From Octopus sinensis (Eukaryota), in the NCBI RefSeq assembly GCF_006345805.1, contig NW_021835668.1, positions 1-30,278 on the forward strand: a stretch of 30,278 nt of DNA, written 5' to 3'. Of this stretch, positions 10,712 through 24,304 are shown piece after piece. Under the pieces are notes generated by a model that searched no databases, was not told the DNA's origin, and saw only the letters and a program-made list of their open reading frames with translations. The position numbers and the translations under genes were made by a program. The number at the start of each line of letters is the position of its first letter. The first letter of the stretch is position 1.

Positions 10712-11530
10712 AGACAACTGCCAAAACACTACAGTTAACTACCACACATGTACGGTCTCCTTAAGATTCACAAGGAGGGAATTCCATTAAGGCCTATAGT
10801 GAGCTGTAGAGGTTCAGCATGTCATCCACTGAGCCACCACTTCCCAGGAAAATCAACATCATACGTGAATAATTCCACCCACTTCACAGGATTGATGAAG
10901 GATACCCCTACTGATCCCAACCAGATGCTGAGTCTAGATGTGATAAGTCTGTTCACTGAAGTCCAAACTGGTGTAGCACTATCGGTGATTCAAGAAAAAC
11001 TAGTGACAGACACCCATCTAAAAGAACGCACAAGTATACCAATAAGAAACATGATGGAAATGTTGACCTTCTGAGTAGAAACTACCTACTTCAGTATGGA
11101 CACTGATATATATATCGACAGTGAGAAGGTTTAGCTATGGGTTCGTCATTATCACCGATAATAGCCAATATATACATGGAATACTTTGAGAATTTGGCTT
11201 TAGGATCAACATCATTAAAACCAACCCTATGGCTGCGATATGTTGATAAGGAAAGACTGCGTGTACTCTATCCCATGCAGCTGCGGTAGGTTATGCAAAG
11301 CAGAAGTATGCTGCCCTTCAAAATAAGGATAGACGAATATCGCAAATCTGTGACAAGAAGAGATATTCATAAATCGGGTACGGCTGATCATGTATAGAAA
11401 AATGGAGACCCCCTGCCCCTGTGGGATGAAGTCAAAACAATAGGCAGAGAACACCACTGGAAAATACGAAAACAAAAAGAAGTAGCACATATGCTAGGAC
11501 AAATCAACTCCCTAAGCAGACTGAATGCAT
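10712..11530 (+). pseudogene. Disrupted Penelope RT plus GIY-YIG endonuclease
   Basis: MYGLLKIHKEGIPLRPIVS; SLDVISLFT; RQ*EGLAMGSSLSPIIANIYME; PTLWLRYVD. This is joined directly to KDCVYSIPCSCGR and, after a frameshift, PFKIRIDEYRK...SGTADHV*...WDEVKTIGREHHWKIRKQKE. Contains stops, a 2-nt AT slip near 11110 and a large deletion near 11250. Confidence 0.92.
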
Positions 11531-11616
11531 ATATGAGTAGCATATTAAGGAAGGATATGAAAATATTAGATAATAATAATAATAAAATAATAATAATAAT
11601 AATAATAATAATCATA

Positions 11617-11675
<59 letters not shown>

Positions 11676-11922
11676 CAACAACAACATCGAAAACTACCTT
11701 AAGAATGAGAAACCAGGTTCGGAATTTCCCCAAGACACCTAATGAAAGCTGGAGAGTATAGTGTTGTGTTAACAGCAAACAAGATGAGGACAAATACCCG
11801 TCAAATGTAAATAATGTAAATAAGGTACATAATTCCTCATCTCTTAAATATGGTACTGTATTAATCTTATAAAAGAACGGAACGCAAACAATAGGGAATG
11901 CCCTAAAACACACATACACATA

Positions 11923-11964
<42 letters not shown>

Positions 11965-12153
11965 TTATTACGTCATATGTAAAAAAAAGTTTGTTTTTAA
12001 GGCGCTGAAATGTATTGTAGTACAAGTAGAGAGATATATTTCTTTAACGCATAAGAACTGTTAGAACAGCATATACAGGGTAAAATCCTTACTGTGCAGA
12101 TTTGCTGTTTTGTCAGTACTTACGCGTTGAAAAAATATAATTTTCTACTAGTA

Positions 12154-12154
<1 letters not shown>

Positions 12155-12217
<63 letters not shown>

Positions 12218-12226
12218 GTGTGTGTG
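12155..12226. repeat. (GT)n microsatellite
   Basis: Read directly. Confidence 0.97.
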
Positions 12227-12744
12227 CTATATGTATGTGTAGGGAAAAAAAGCAGGGAGAATGTGAAAGAGAGACTGGTGTTTGCAACCAAGAGGAAGCA
12301 TGTATAAAATCATCTGGCGTCGCTGCTCTATCAAACTCTTCATATTACAGGTATGGTATAAAACACGCGTCGCCTGATACTCATTTTCAAATAAATAAAC
12401 TGTAAGAAAGAGATAAGAAATGTCATGCACAAAAGTACGGTGTGATGCTCAGCACAAAATAATGAACCCACATCTTATATCTGTGAATAAACACCCTTAA
12501 GCACTAGGCCACGCGTCTATGCCTTCGCCATGGCCGTGTATATTGTAATCCGTGATACATTCACGACTCGTTAGTTTTCTAATCTATATATTATTATATT
12601 CACGTGACATTAAGAGTATTTTCAAGTACATTCTATTTATTTTGTATAGTAATAATCCATTCTCTTACGGATTTAACAATCTGGTAACTGCATTTGCGCC
12701 AACTTTGGACTTTTCAATAACATCTGTAGTATACATACGCGCTT

Positions 12745-12810
12745 TATACATACCATACATACATACATACATACATAACATACATACATACATACATAAT
12801 ACATACATAC

Positions 12811-12849
<39 letters not shown>

Positions 12850-13788
12850 AACACACACACACACACATATAAATACATAGAGGCAAAGAGAAAGACAGAC
12901 ATATAAAGGTAGATTCATAAAAACAAAGAAGCAGACAGGCAGACAAACAGACACAACGACAAAAAGTAGACATGCAGACAGACAGACGGCCAGGCAGGCA
13001 GCTGACAGACAGACAGATAGACATATTGTAGGAAGATATAGTAAAAAAAGACAAAAAGAATGGAAGTGAAAGAGATGTGCACTCATATTCGTATCATACA
13101 TTCATACGTGTATATATGTATGTGTGTACGTGTGTACCTGTATGCGTGTGTGTGTGCATGTGTATGTGTTGTGCATGTGTGTGTATGTCTATCTCGCTGT
13201 CAGTATATCTGTGTGCATATACATTTATATACATATATGTATATATATATTATATATATGTATCTATATATATATATATACATATATATATATAATACAT
13301 ATATATAAAATGTATATATATATATATATGTATATAATATATACACATATATATATATATGCATGTACTATATGTATATATATATATATATATATATTAT
13401 ATATGCATATATTATATATATGTATATTATATGTAAGGAATATAGATATATATATATATATATATATATGCATATATATGTATACATATATATACTCATG
13501 CATATACATGCACAAACAAGCATACACAAACACACATACCACAATACACATACGAAGACAAAGACCTATATATAAATATATATATGTACACTCATCGCCG
13601 TATTCCCTGGTTGTTAATATTTTATTTAATGTCGTAACAAATCACTTGGCTTCCTTCCCGCCTTCTTAATATTTACACCTCCAGATTGTTGACTAAGCTG
13701 AATAGATTGTGTATGTGTTGAAGTATAAGCGCCTCGTGTTATTTGTCTGCTATATTGCACACATATGTGCATATAGACAATATATATA

Positions 13789-13826
<38 letters not shown>

Positions 13827-14264
13827 CATATATATATATATTATATATTATATATAAATATATATATATATAATATGTTATATGTATGTATGTATATGTA
13901 TATTATATATAATGTATTGTATATGTATATATATATTATATATATATATACTATATATATATATATATGTGTGTGTATATATATATAATATATATATATA
14001 TTTATTATATATATTTATATATATATTTATATATGCATTCAGCTATGTGTTGGTATGCAGGCATATATTTCAAACACTAATACACCACAACGTATGAGTT
14101 AGTGGGTGTGCATCAGATGCATACATATATACATACATATGCATTATATAATATACTATATATACATATAATGTGTATCTATTTATATATACATATCTAT
14201 ATGTATTAATATATATATATTATATATATATATATATACATATAATGTGTATTTATTATATATG

Positions 14265-14308
<44 letters not shown>

Positions 14309-14574
14309 CATACATATACATATACAGAGAGAGAGATATACAACATACATATCCGCAAATACATTTATGGTACGGTATATATGAATACACACACACACAT
14401 GTATATACGTGTGTGTGTGCGTACATATACACTTATATATATATACACATATACATATTCCTTTTATTCATTCTATATGTTTCAGTCCGATGACTGGCCC
14501 TGCTGGAGACACAAACTCGTACGTATATACATGTCTGTGTGTGAGAGTGTGTGTGTATGTATGCATGTATATAT

Positions 14575-14613
<39 letters not shown>

Positions 14614-14720
14614 AACTATAAATATATATATACATGTATACATGTGTGATTAAAGAAAAACAAAGAGAAAGAGAGAGCTATGAGATAGTGTGTTCAACAG
14701 TCTATACATATATATATATA

Positions 14721-14771
<51 letters not shown>

Positions 14772-14871
14772 ATGTATATATATATGTGTATTAATATATA
14801 TACATATATACCACTAACACACACACACACGCTCATATATATATGTTTGTGTGTGTGCGTGTGTGTGTGTG

Positions 14872-14918
<47 letters not shown>

Positions 14919-14950
14919 TGTGTGTATTATATATATATATATATATTGTT
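12745..14950. repeat. About 2.2 kb dominated by (TACA)n, (CAGA)n, (TG)n and degenerate (TA)n
   Basis: Read directly; short unique islands at ~13590-13770, ~14030-14110 and ~14460-14530. Confidence 0.9.
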
Positions 14951-15439
14951 TACTAATATTCTTGTCCCTTATATCTTCTCATTTCCCCTGTTGCCTCATG
15001 TGCGGAGAAGTGGTGTTGGTGTTGGTGACGGGTGGTAGTGCAATAGCAATCCAGAGCAGGAAACACATAACAATATTTCCATAGGAAATAACATACACCA
15101 TGCGCCTGCGCCCTATGTGTGTTGTTGTTGCTCTTGTCAGTGTTGTTTTGTTGTTGTTTGTGTCCCCCTGAAGAAATTAATGATCAATGTTATCATTCCT
15201 GAAATTCCATACGAGAAATTCATTTCTCAACATCCTCTTATTCGTATGAACCTCTCTTTATTTATTTATTTCTCATTCTCTCAATGTTTCTATCCACGCT
15301 CTACCATCTCTCCTCCTTTCTCCTCCTTTCTTTCTTTCTTTCTTTCTTGACCACCACTTCTACCATTGTCTCTACAGCTGCCTGTTTCTCAGTTTTTCAT
15401 TCTTTCTCACTCTTCTTTTCCCTTCTCACTCTCTTAATC

Positions 15440-15566
15440 TATCTATCGTTATGAGCGTGTGTGGAGAGAGAGAGAGAAAGAGAGAGATTAGACAGATAGA
15501 CAAATAGATAGATAGATAGAGACAGAGAGAGAGGTAAGTAGGTAGGTAGGTATGTAGATAAAGATG

Positions 15567-15602
<36 letters not shown>

Positions 15603-15630
15603 GAGAGATAGATAGATAGATAGATAGATA
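15440..15630. repeat. (GA)n/(GGTA)n/(GATA)n array forming the 3' flank of LINE copy 1
   Basis: Read directly. Confidence 0.95.
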
Positions 15631-15701
15631 TGTTCCTTTATTAGCCACACAGGGCTGCACACAGATAGAACAATTACAAGGTAGAGCTTTTCTTTTGAAG
15701 G

Positions 15702-15736
<35 letters not shown>

Positions 15737-15800
15737 AAGGGGAGGTTCGATCAAAAGGGATCGTAAAAGGAGAGAAGAGGACAAAAAATAAGGGGGGTTA

Positions 15801-15831
<31 letters not shown>

Positions 15832-16410
15832 AGAGGAAAAAAAATGATCAATAGGGATCGTTATCCCAGAAATGTCCAATGAAGTGTAAAGGGGAGGACA
15901 GGTGAGGTTTACCCGTGGAAAGAAAAGCCTGCGGAAAAGACCACGGTAACCTCGGTCAATGAAGTCACATTTTATATTTCTTTTTTTTTTTTTTTTTTTT
16001 TTTTTTGCAAATAAGCAACTCTCTGTTTTCGATTTCTGGGTTCATAGGACTATGCTCAAGGTGGCTTCGTCATTCATACGTGCCATTCTTGCTACATTCA
16101 CCCATCTTTTTTTTAAACATTCGCTAGACAAAACTTGCCTCTCTACTCTCACTTTCCTTTTCAAGTGGGTACTTGAAGAAGTTGATGAGAGATTGACCAG
16201 AGATAGTGAAAGTGTTTGTCTCCAATCCCTTTCAGACGGCGTCCACCAGATACATTCTTTCGCCATAGCCACAAGGATGATGAAAATAGCTCTTCCTTCC
16301 CGTTTGAAGGAAGGAGGCGTGACAATTTTGACGATAGACCTCAGCTGATAACCCGACTCGTCCACACGTGACAGCAGTTGTTCGACATAAGCCCACAGGT
16401 CGGAAATGTT
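15631..16410 (-). mobile_element. L1/Tx1-like LINE 3' end (copy 1)
   Basis: Minus-strand ORF2 C-terminus [14 protein letters not shown]...RAIFIILVAMAKECIWWT...HLKRKVRVERQVLSSECLKKRWVNVARMARMNDEATLSIVL* (stop at 16042), then a 3'UTR ending AATAAAGGAACA. Aligns with 26457-27150. Confidence 0.85.
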
Positions 16411-16510
16411 AGATAGCAGATATCGAGATAGATAGATAGATAGATAGATAGATAGTAGATAGATAGATAGATCGATAGATAGATAGGTAGATAGATAGAT
16501 AGGTAGATAG

Positions 16511-16541
<31 letters not shown>

Positions 16542-16548
16542 GATAGAG

Positions 16549-16590
<42 letters not shown>

Positions 16591-16600
16591 ACGTAAGTAT
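16411..16600. repeat. (GATA)n array forming the 5' flank of LINE copy 1
   Basis: Read directly. Confidence 0.95.
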
Positions 16601-17425
16601 GTATCCATCTATCTACCTATAAATTCATCTGTGTACACACAAACTCACAGATGAATATATAGGTATCTCTACCTATCTATCTATCTCTCTGTCTGTTTGA
16701 CTAATATCTCTCTTTCTCTCTCTCTCTCTCTGTCTCTCTCTCCACACACATGCACACATAGTTTCGTATAAGAACACTCTAACAGATCTGTCTGTCAATT
16801 ATTATGGCTACCCAGACATGTTGGCTGGTTGGATGGATGGTTGGTTCATTCCTTTTGTTGCTCTGTTATTTATCTCATTCATACTCCCTATACTTTCTTC
16901 GAGCCTATTTGTTCTATTAATAATTTTACTGCTGTTCTTATAATTAGCTTTTATTAGTTTTTATTCATTTTATTTCGTCCTTCTCCTTCTCCTTCTCCTC
17001 TTTTCCTCTCGTCCAAATTCGCTTTTTTCTCTTCATACATGTTTCCTATCCCTTGTTGGCCGTCTTTATCATTTGTAATCACGGTAGCCTCTAACATATG
17101 TAATTTAATGAGTTAGAAACCTTCGATTAACTGAGATTGTTCATGCAGTCACTGCACAAATATTTCCTCCAGGGCTCTTTTATAATCAATAAAGAACAAT
17201 AAAGGGGGATAACTTTTATAAAATCAAATAACTGAAATTCTTGTTCTTTATAAACATGATACATTCCCATCTGCTTTATACTTTCAAATGATTATTAATG
17301 TTTGTTGTTTGGAATGAAGTTATTGTAGTGTATACAAACATATAAATACATACGTAAATATGTGTGAGGCAGTGTATGTGTGTGTACATATATACATATG
17401 TATGTTTGTATGCATGTATATATAT

Positions 17426-17478
<53 letters not shown>

Positions 17479-17757
17479 TGTCTGTATACATTTATTATAG
17501 CTGCAAAATGAGCACAAGACTGTTACTTAGAGTTTCACGTTCCCAATTGTCAGACAGTTTTTATCACAACTAGCGAAGGAATGGGATCGTGAAACACTGA
17601 CTAACGGTCTTGTAATAATTATGTAGCTTTGATAAAAGCATATTACTCTATCTTCGGTATTCGAGTACTATTTTTTCCCATGTTTTACACTTATGTGCTC
17701 ATCTGTGTGTGTGTGTATATATATTATATATATTAGGTAGATACACACACATATATG

Positions 17758-17817
<60 letters not shown>

Positions 17818-17831
17818 ATATGTACATATAT

Positions 17832-17892
17832 TAGGAGATCTGACGACTCGCTTGGAGTTTTAACTGCTCTTTCTAGCGAGTCAGATATCCTA
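17832..17892. other. Isolated 61-nt stem-loop
   Basis: TAGGAGATCTGAC(GAC)TCGCT pairs with AGCGAGTCAGATATCCTA: 17 Watson-Crick pairs, one mismatch, one 3-nt bulge. Confidence 0.6.
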
Positions 17893-18362
17893 TTCTTCGG
17901 TAATCTCTTTGTGCTTGAACGTACACTGTATTCTTCTTTGAATAATATATAGTCTATTGGCTAATTTTCTCTTTCTCGCTAAACCATTGGTAACTAAGAA
18001 TGGTTTCTATGAATATTCTTGCTACCCTAAGATTTTAATTAATGTATATATATATATAAACTCGGAGTTTTATTATGCCAACCGAATAATTGTTACATAT
18101 TATATTACAGATAAATTCTTCTATTTACATAATATCGAGGTCTCTTTCATTCTTGTGTTGTCTTACCATTACTATTAATATATATATATATATATATATA
18201 TTAACATTATGTATATTACTTAACATTAAGGCTTTTAATACAAATTACTTAATGAGTATAAGATTTTATTTAGTTGTTTATTAAATAAATAAGTAAATTA
18301 ATAATTTATTTAATGTAATAGTTTAAATTATAGTATTTAGTTTTCACTTAATGTATATTTTG

Positions 18363-18403
<41 letters not shown>

Positions 18404-18849
18404 TATAAAGTTAATCCAAACAAGAAAGCACAAAAAAAACAACAACGCGAGTGCGTGGAACAAATATAGTATTTTTGGACGCTCTTCGTATTTTGCAAGA
18501 TTATTTATGTATATTTATTAATTTATCTAATTAATTATTTTATTATTGTTGTTATCTTTAACCTGAAGACTGGCTATATTTATATTGAAGTGATTTTACT
18601 ACTTCTACTATCATTTTTACCATTATCATTTGTTAAATATAGCCACGAAACACGTTCGTTATTCTACCAAATATATACGTTTTATTTATTATTTTGCACA
18701 TTACTTAATCATTGTTATATTTTTATCTTATATTTAATCTTTCTATAATTTGTAATTTTTCTAAATGGTATAATTTAATTTTTCATTATTGAATTGATAA
18801 ACGGTGTTTTTTCTAATTTATACACACACACACACAAACACATACACAC

Positions 18850-18891
<42 letters not shown>

Positions 18892-19301
18892 TTGTGTGTG
18901 TGTATATATATATATATGTATATTCATACATATATGAAATGATATTTTATAAGCTTATAAGCGATTCCCATGCATTGATTAAAGAAAATAGGGACATTGT
19001 GGCATTTAAACCCTCGATGGAAAACCATGGATTTTTCATATGCATGAGGCTCAAACTTATACCTCTATATATTATCAAAGCAGCATATGATCAATGCCTA
19101 AATATAAGAAGGTACCAGGCCAACGTCTTAAAGAACGGCAACAGCCCATGTCGTGCGCGTAAACAACTGAAACCATTGCTCATATCGTCTCCATGTGCCG
19201 CAGTATTGAAACTCAGGAAAGAAACTAGAGACGGACTGTGTGCTAAGGTTACTGCCCGCCGTCCTGTAGTCTGTTAATGATAGTAAATTATGTGTGTGTA
19301 T

Positions 19302-19510
19302 ACTCTCTCTTTCACTCTTTTACTTGTTTCAGCCATGTGACTGCAGCCATGCTGGAGCACCGCCTTTAGTCGAGCAAATCGACACCAGGACTTATTCTTT
19401 GTAAACCTAGTACTTATTCTATCCGAGGCTATAGTAGAAGACACTTGCCCAAGGTGCCACGCAGTGGTACTGAACCTACAACCATGTGGTTCGTAAGCAA
19501 GCTACTTACC

Positions 19511-19511
<1 letters not shown>
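19302..19511 (-). mobile_element. SINE type C, internally deleted
   Basis: Matches both ends of 25126-25557. The junction TATAGCCTCGG|ATAGAATAAG removes the middle, including the internal (TG)n. Confidence 0.9.
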
Positions 19512-19541
<30 letters not shown>

Positions 19542-20469
19542 TATACATATCCATATACATATACATATATATCCATATATAGATGCATATAAAATTTTAC
19601 GTATTAGGCATTTTACACGTGACGTCCTAGAAAGAATAACGATGTCTTCAGTGGAAATATAAAGGTGATGATAGTCTAACTATAAGCTGCGAAAAACTGC
19701 AGCCTATTTCTCCTCAAATCTCCGCTTATCCTATTTAAATATGGTACATCCTGGATAATAGAGTACTGGCTAATAATCTAAAGACGGGAATACACACACA
19801 CATATGTTTGTATATCCTTCTCTCTCACTCATTCTCTCTTCTCTCTCTCTCTCTCTCTCTCTCTCCCTCTCGCCCTCTGTATATATATACATGTATATTA
19901 TGGTAGTTAATCCCTACATTGTTGTTTTCTCATATATTATTCGTAACGCCGAAGTAGTGAAGAATACGTCAGCCTGTAACTAATAGCAATCTTTAAGAAA
20001 ATATTCTAAGCTATCATGTTAAATGTAAGAAAACAATAGAACCTTGATAACTACGTATAAGCAAATGTACGCGCACACTCACACACAAATACGCGCGGGC
20101 TCACATAAGGAGGGAGGGAGAGATAACGAAATGAATGAATGTATGTATGTGGCTATATGCGTACACGTCTGCTGTGTTTATATGAATATCTTCATTAAGA
20201 TCTATTGAAAAATGATTAAAAAATAGCATGAAATATGTAGAGAAATTTAAAGAAGATGGTGCCACAACTTCATGTGTGGTATTAACTAATATGATAACAA
20301 CATATCTCTCTTTCTCTCCGCCACTCTCTCTCTCTCTCTCTCTGTCTCTCATACTCTTTTTCTTTCTTTTTCTCGCTCGCTATCTCTCACTCTCTTTATT
20401 CTCTTCCATACAACCACTCACACAAATACACCTATATATTTATACTCATATATTAAAAATGTAAAGGAT

Positions 20470-20538
20470 TATATATATATACATATGTTATTACATGAAT
20501 ATAAATATATATAATCTAGTATTGAACAGTGCTTTCAT

Positions 20539-20605
<67 letters not shown>

Positions 20606-20656
20606 GGTATATATATTATATACGTATACACACATACAGACATGTGCATGTGATTT

Positions 20657-20691
<35 letters not shown>

Positions 20692-20713
20692 GTGTGTGTG
20701 TGTGTGTGTGAGC

Positions 20714-20747
<34 letters not shown>

Positions 20748-21060
20748 ACATATGTGTGTGTATGTTTACAGTCATACACACACAGATACATGCAGTCATG
20801 AGTACATCTAAATCTATTCCAATATATTTACATATAATTATCCTCATTATAGTTATTATTATTTTGGTTATATTATCAGCAGTGTCATTATTACCATAGT
20901 TGTCGTCATAATCATCTTTTTTCACGATCATCCTCATTATCACCACCATCATCATCATCAACATCATTATCATCACCATCATCACCGTCATCAAAAACGA
21001 CTACAACATCATGGTTGTCCTCGTTATTTTCATCGTCGTCGTCGTCGTCATTTTCACACT
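20470..21060. repeat. (CA)n/(TA)n/(TG)n followed by degenerate (CAT)n/(CGT)n
   Basis: Read directly. Confidence 0.9.
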
Positions 21061-22922
21061 TTTAATCCTCGTAAATATTTTTATTGTCACTGCTTTGGTG
21101 ATAATATTAATATGATGATAACGAAAATGGCGTTGATAGCAACGACGTTTATGACGATGACGGTGACAGCTTATTATTATTAGGCGCCAATAAGTCTGGC
21201 AGCCCTGAAGCTGTCGAAAATGCAACAACATGAGGAAAGACAACAGCGACACCCCCAACGCCGTAACAGCACCTACATCACCTACACCAAAGCAACACCT
21301 TAAACGACAATATCAACAATTAAAGCAACAAAATTTCAGCAAAACTTCATAAGCCACTGGCATAATGACAAAGAATTTTCTATTGGCCAACATGGCGTAT
21401 ACATGGTCACACAACATTCAGTTGAGAGCCAAAATGAGGCAAAGGATAGTGATTAGCGTGACATTGTGTGACCTGATCGTAAGATGTCGTTGGTAAAACA
21501 AATGAGCGACACAAAGAGACGAACTATTTCATGCATATGCATGATCTTCAGATTAAGGAGCAGGAATATTCCATAGTAGCTCAGACTGAAAAATAGATGA
21601 ATTCTATATGATCTGCTGAAGGTTCTGTGACGAGAGAGACACGCACTACAGAATAAGGGGTGCAATTTGTGAAGTACTGGAAGGCACGCAGAGATTATGA
21701 GGCACTCAATGCCTCCTTCACAAATTTCACTCCGCAAAAATATATAACACGACTCTACATACGTTAGGAAAGTGGTAGTGATCAAAATGCCGGTTTTAAG
21801 GAAACAGACCAGAATGAAAGCAATGATCGAGTAACACGGCGCTGTTATAAGAATTAAGTCCATTCTATAAGAAGCCTGGGCCGCCCATATTAGTCAAGGG
21901 ACTAGTTGCATGCAATACTTTCGAATGGTTTCGTTTCAACGATCGTGTGAAAATGGGGGTGCTGATAGGAGCAGGAGGTCTAAATGACACTCTTCCAGAA
22001 GAAGAGTCCTATAGCGCTTCCTACACTACAGGATAAAATTGAGCAGAAAGACGCCCTCTTTGAAAGCAGCAAGTTAACCACTGATAATGCACAACTGACA
22101 ACATCAGCTCATCCATACAAACAGGGATAATGATAATCGAGAAGTAAAGCACTTACTTCTCCTGCATAGAATCCATGAAAAGCAACCATCAACGCTAAAT
22201 GAGTAAAAACACACGTATCATATAGCTATATTAATTCATATATTTACAATTACTTGGACACGGGTGTGTTTATGGAAGCTCGTTAATATCCTAAAGCGGT
22301 AGCCAAGATCTTCGTCAACCAGGATACGTACGAAAGTGTTAAACATTTTATCGCAATGTCGCGAGGACAATAGCCTACACACATGTGAACAATAGCATGT
22401 AAATCTTTGTTTGAAAAATCATAAAATTTGGATTTCTCATATTTAAGCGAGGAAATTTTAGTCCACTGTACATTAATATGTATAGATTTATCTCTTCTTA
22501 GATCTATTGATACAAATATTTATCAAAATACAAGAATGCATTATGAAACCTGTAATCTACTAGAGCGTTCTATAAAGTAGGTTTAGTGTGGTTTAACTCA
22601 ATATAATATGTTGAGCACTTGTATCTAAAACCCAGTTAAGTTTATATAGCTCATTGTTAAATTCCTGATTTAAAGATGGATATTTGGAAATAAGTAAATT
22701 TCACAAATATCGGAATTCCGTTGCATTGTTGAAATTATATTAAATACATATAAAATGTCGATGTATTATCTATTTCTGAATATTAATATAACGCTACTTT
22801 AGATAAAGACATAGCCGGCATTCTTGAGCAAACATTGACTCGGCTTATATCCATCTGAAGTACAATCTATTCACATATACACGCACGCACAATGTGTGAG
22901 TCTCTGTGTGTGTGTTTATATG

Positions 22923-22993
<71 letters not shown>

Positions 22994-23647
22994 AACACAT
23001 ACACACACCCTCATATATACATATACATGCGCGTGCAAATATATATAAATATATGAAATTATATATATAAGTGGGGTGTATGTATGTTTATATAAACTCT
23101 ACAGATCGTTTTCATTTTCATCTCTGTTCGTAAAGCGACTTAGGAATTATTACTATGATATATTACCCCTTTATAGTAAGATTAATAATCTTTATGTAAT
23201 GTAACTCTACAATGTATCATTCTTGCTAAAGTATATCCCAAAAACCATCCAATGATTATTACATGTAGCAGTTTGTCACAATAGTTAATGTTGCCAGGCC
23301 GGAGTTACGGAAATCTTATTTTCTACGATATCAATAAAATTTATTACCACATTCAACAATAATTTGAACATACAGATGTGTAATTTGTAAATATTCATCT
23401 AGTAATTTCAACACTTTGAATTTGAAATATTGCAAATGACTTTTGCAAAGGTCTAGATTCAAAATATGTGTGTAAAGTAAAATTTTGTAAGCACCATAAT
23501 TTTTTCTAACATCAATGAAATTTTAGCATATAATTAGTTGGTAATCCATTGGAATCACTTGTATTTTCTCGTAAATTTAAAAATCTCTCTGAATTAGAGA
23601 GATACATTTACACCAAAGTTATTTATATCATTATTACACAAAACTAA

Positions 23648-23912
23648 GGCAGCGAGCCGGCAGAAATTCTTAGCTGTACTTCGTCTGCCATAGGCGGTGA
23701 GCTGGCGGAAACGTTAGCACGTCGGGCGAAATGCGTAGCCGTATTTCGTCTGTCGTTAAGTTGTGAGTTCAAATTCCGCCGAGGTCGACTTTGCCTTTCA
23801 TCCTCTCGGGGTCGATAAATTAAGTACCAGTTACGCACTGGGGTCGATGTAATCGACTATCCCCCTCATCCAAATTTCAGTCCTTGTGCCAATAGTAGAA
23901 AGGATTATTATT
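23648..23912 (+). mobile_element. Full-length SINE type A (23693-23912) preceded by a collapsed head fragment (23648-23690)
   Basis: A-box-like GAGCTGGCGGAAACG, B box GAGTTCAAATTCC, core TTCATCCTCTCGGGGTCGATAAATTAAGTACCAG and an (ATT) tail. Confidence 0.92.
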
Positions 23913-24004
23913 CAAAACTAAAGAAAAACAGATCCAATAACGGACAATGGTAAGAATAAAGTATCGAAACATATTGTAATGAATTCATAATTATGATTTG
24001 ATTG

Positions 24005-24304
24005 AGTGTTCTTTCTCGAGCCATGCCTGTCACATAAGGGTCGGTTTTCCGGTTTTATTGGCGTATAGGTTCCCCCCTGGACGGGACTCCGGTCTGTCGC
24101 AGGTGAGCAGCCAAATGCAGGAGGAAAGACTGAGAGAAAGTTGTGGCGAATTAGTCAGCAGAAGTTCGCCATTACCTTCTGCCGGTGCCGCCTGGTGCTT
24201 AGGTGTTTCGCTCATAAACGCACACATCGCCCTGTCTGAGATTCGAACCCGCGATCGCTCAACCGCGAGTGCGCAGCTCTAACCACAAGGCCATGTGCCT
24301 CCAC
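24005..24304 (-). mobile_element. tRNA-derived SINE, type B2
   Basis: Full-length alignment with 4792-5108. Confidence 0.88.

Larger units (their letters stand above)
10593..11860 (+). mobile_element. Penelope-like retroelement: 5'-truncated, internally deleted, with an inverted 5' pseudo-LTR
   Basis: RT and GIY-YIG motifs (see pseudogene entry). 10593-10688 is the reverse complement of 11730-11816. (AAT)n at 11570-11686 separates the ORF from the 3' pLTR. Right boundary approximate. Confidence 0.92.

Noticed and set aside
12669-12722. Possible minus-strand mini-exon (DVIEKSKVGANAVTRLLNP)
   Set aside because: Acceptor lacks a pyrimidine tract; no supporting neighbours.
14960-15170. Signal-peptide-like short frames on both strands (MRLRPMCVVVALVSVVLLLF*, MVYVISYGNIVMCFLLWIAIALPP...)
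   Set aside because: Early stops, no usable donor, and partly (GTT)n derived.
15706-16006. Long A/T homopolymers in LINE copy 1 as a poly(A) tail or internal insertions
   Set aside because: They are internal to the 3'UTR and match shorter interrupted runs in copy 2; slippage or sequencing artefact.
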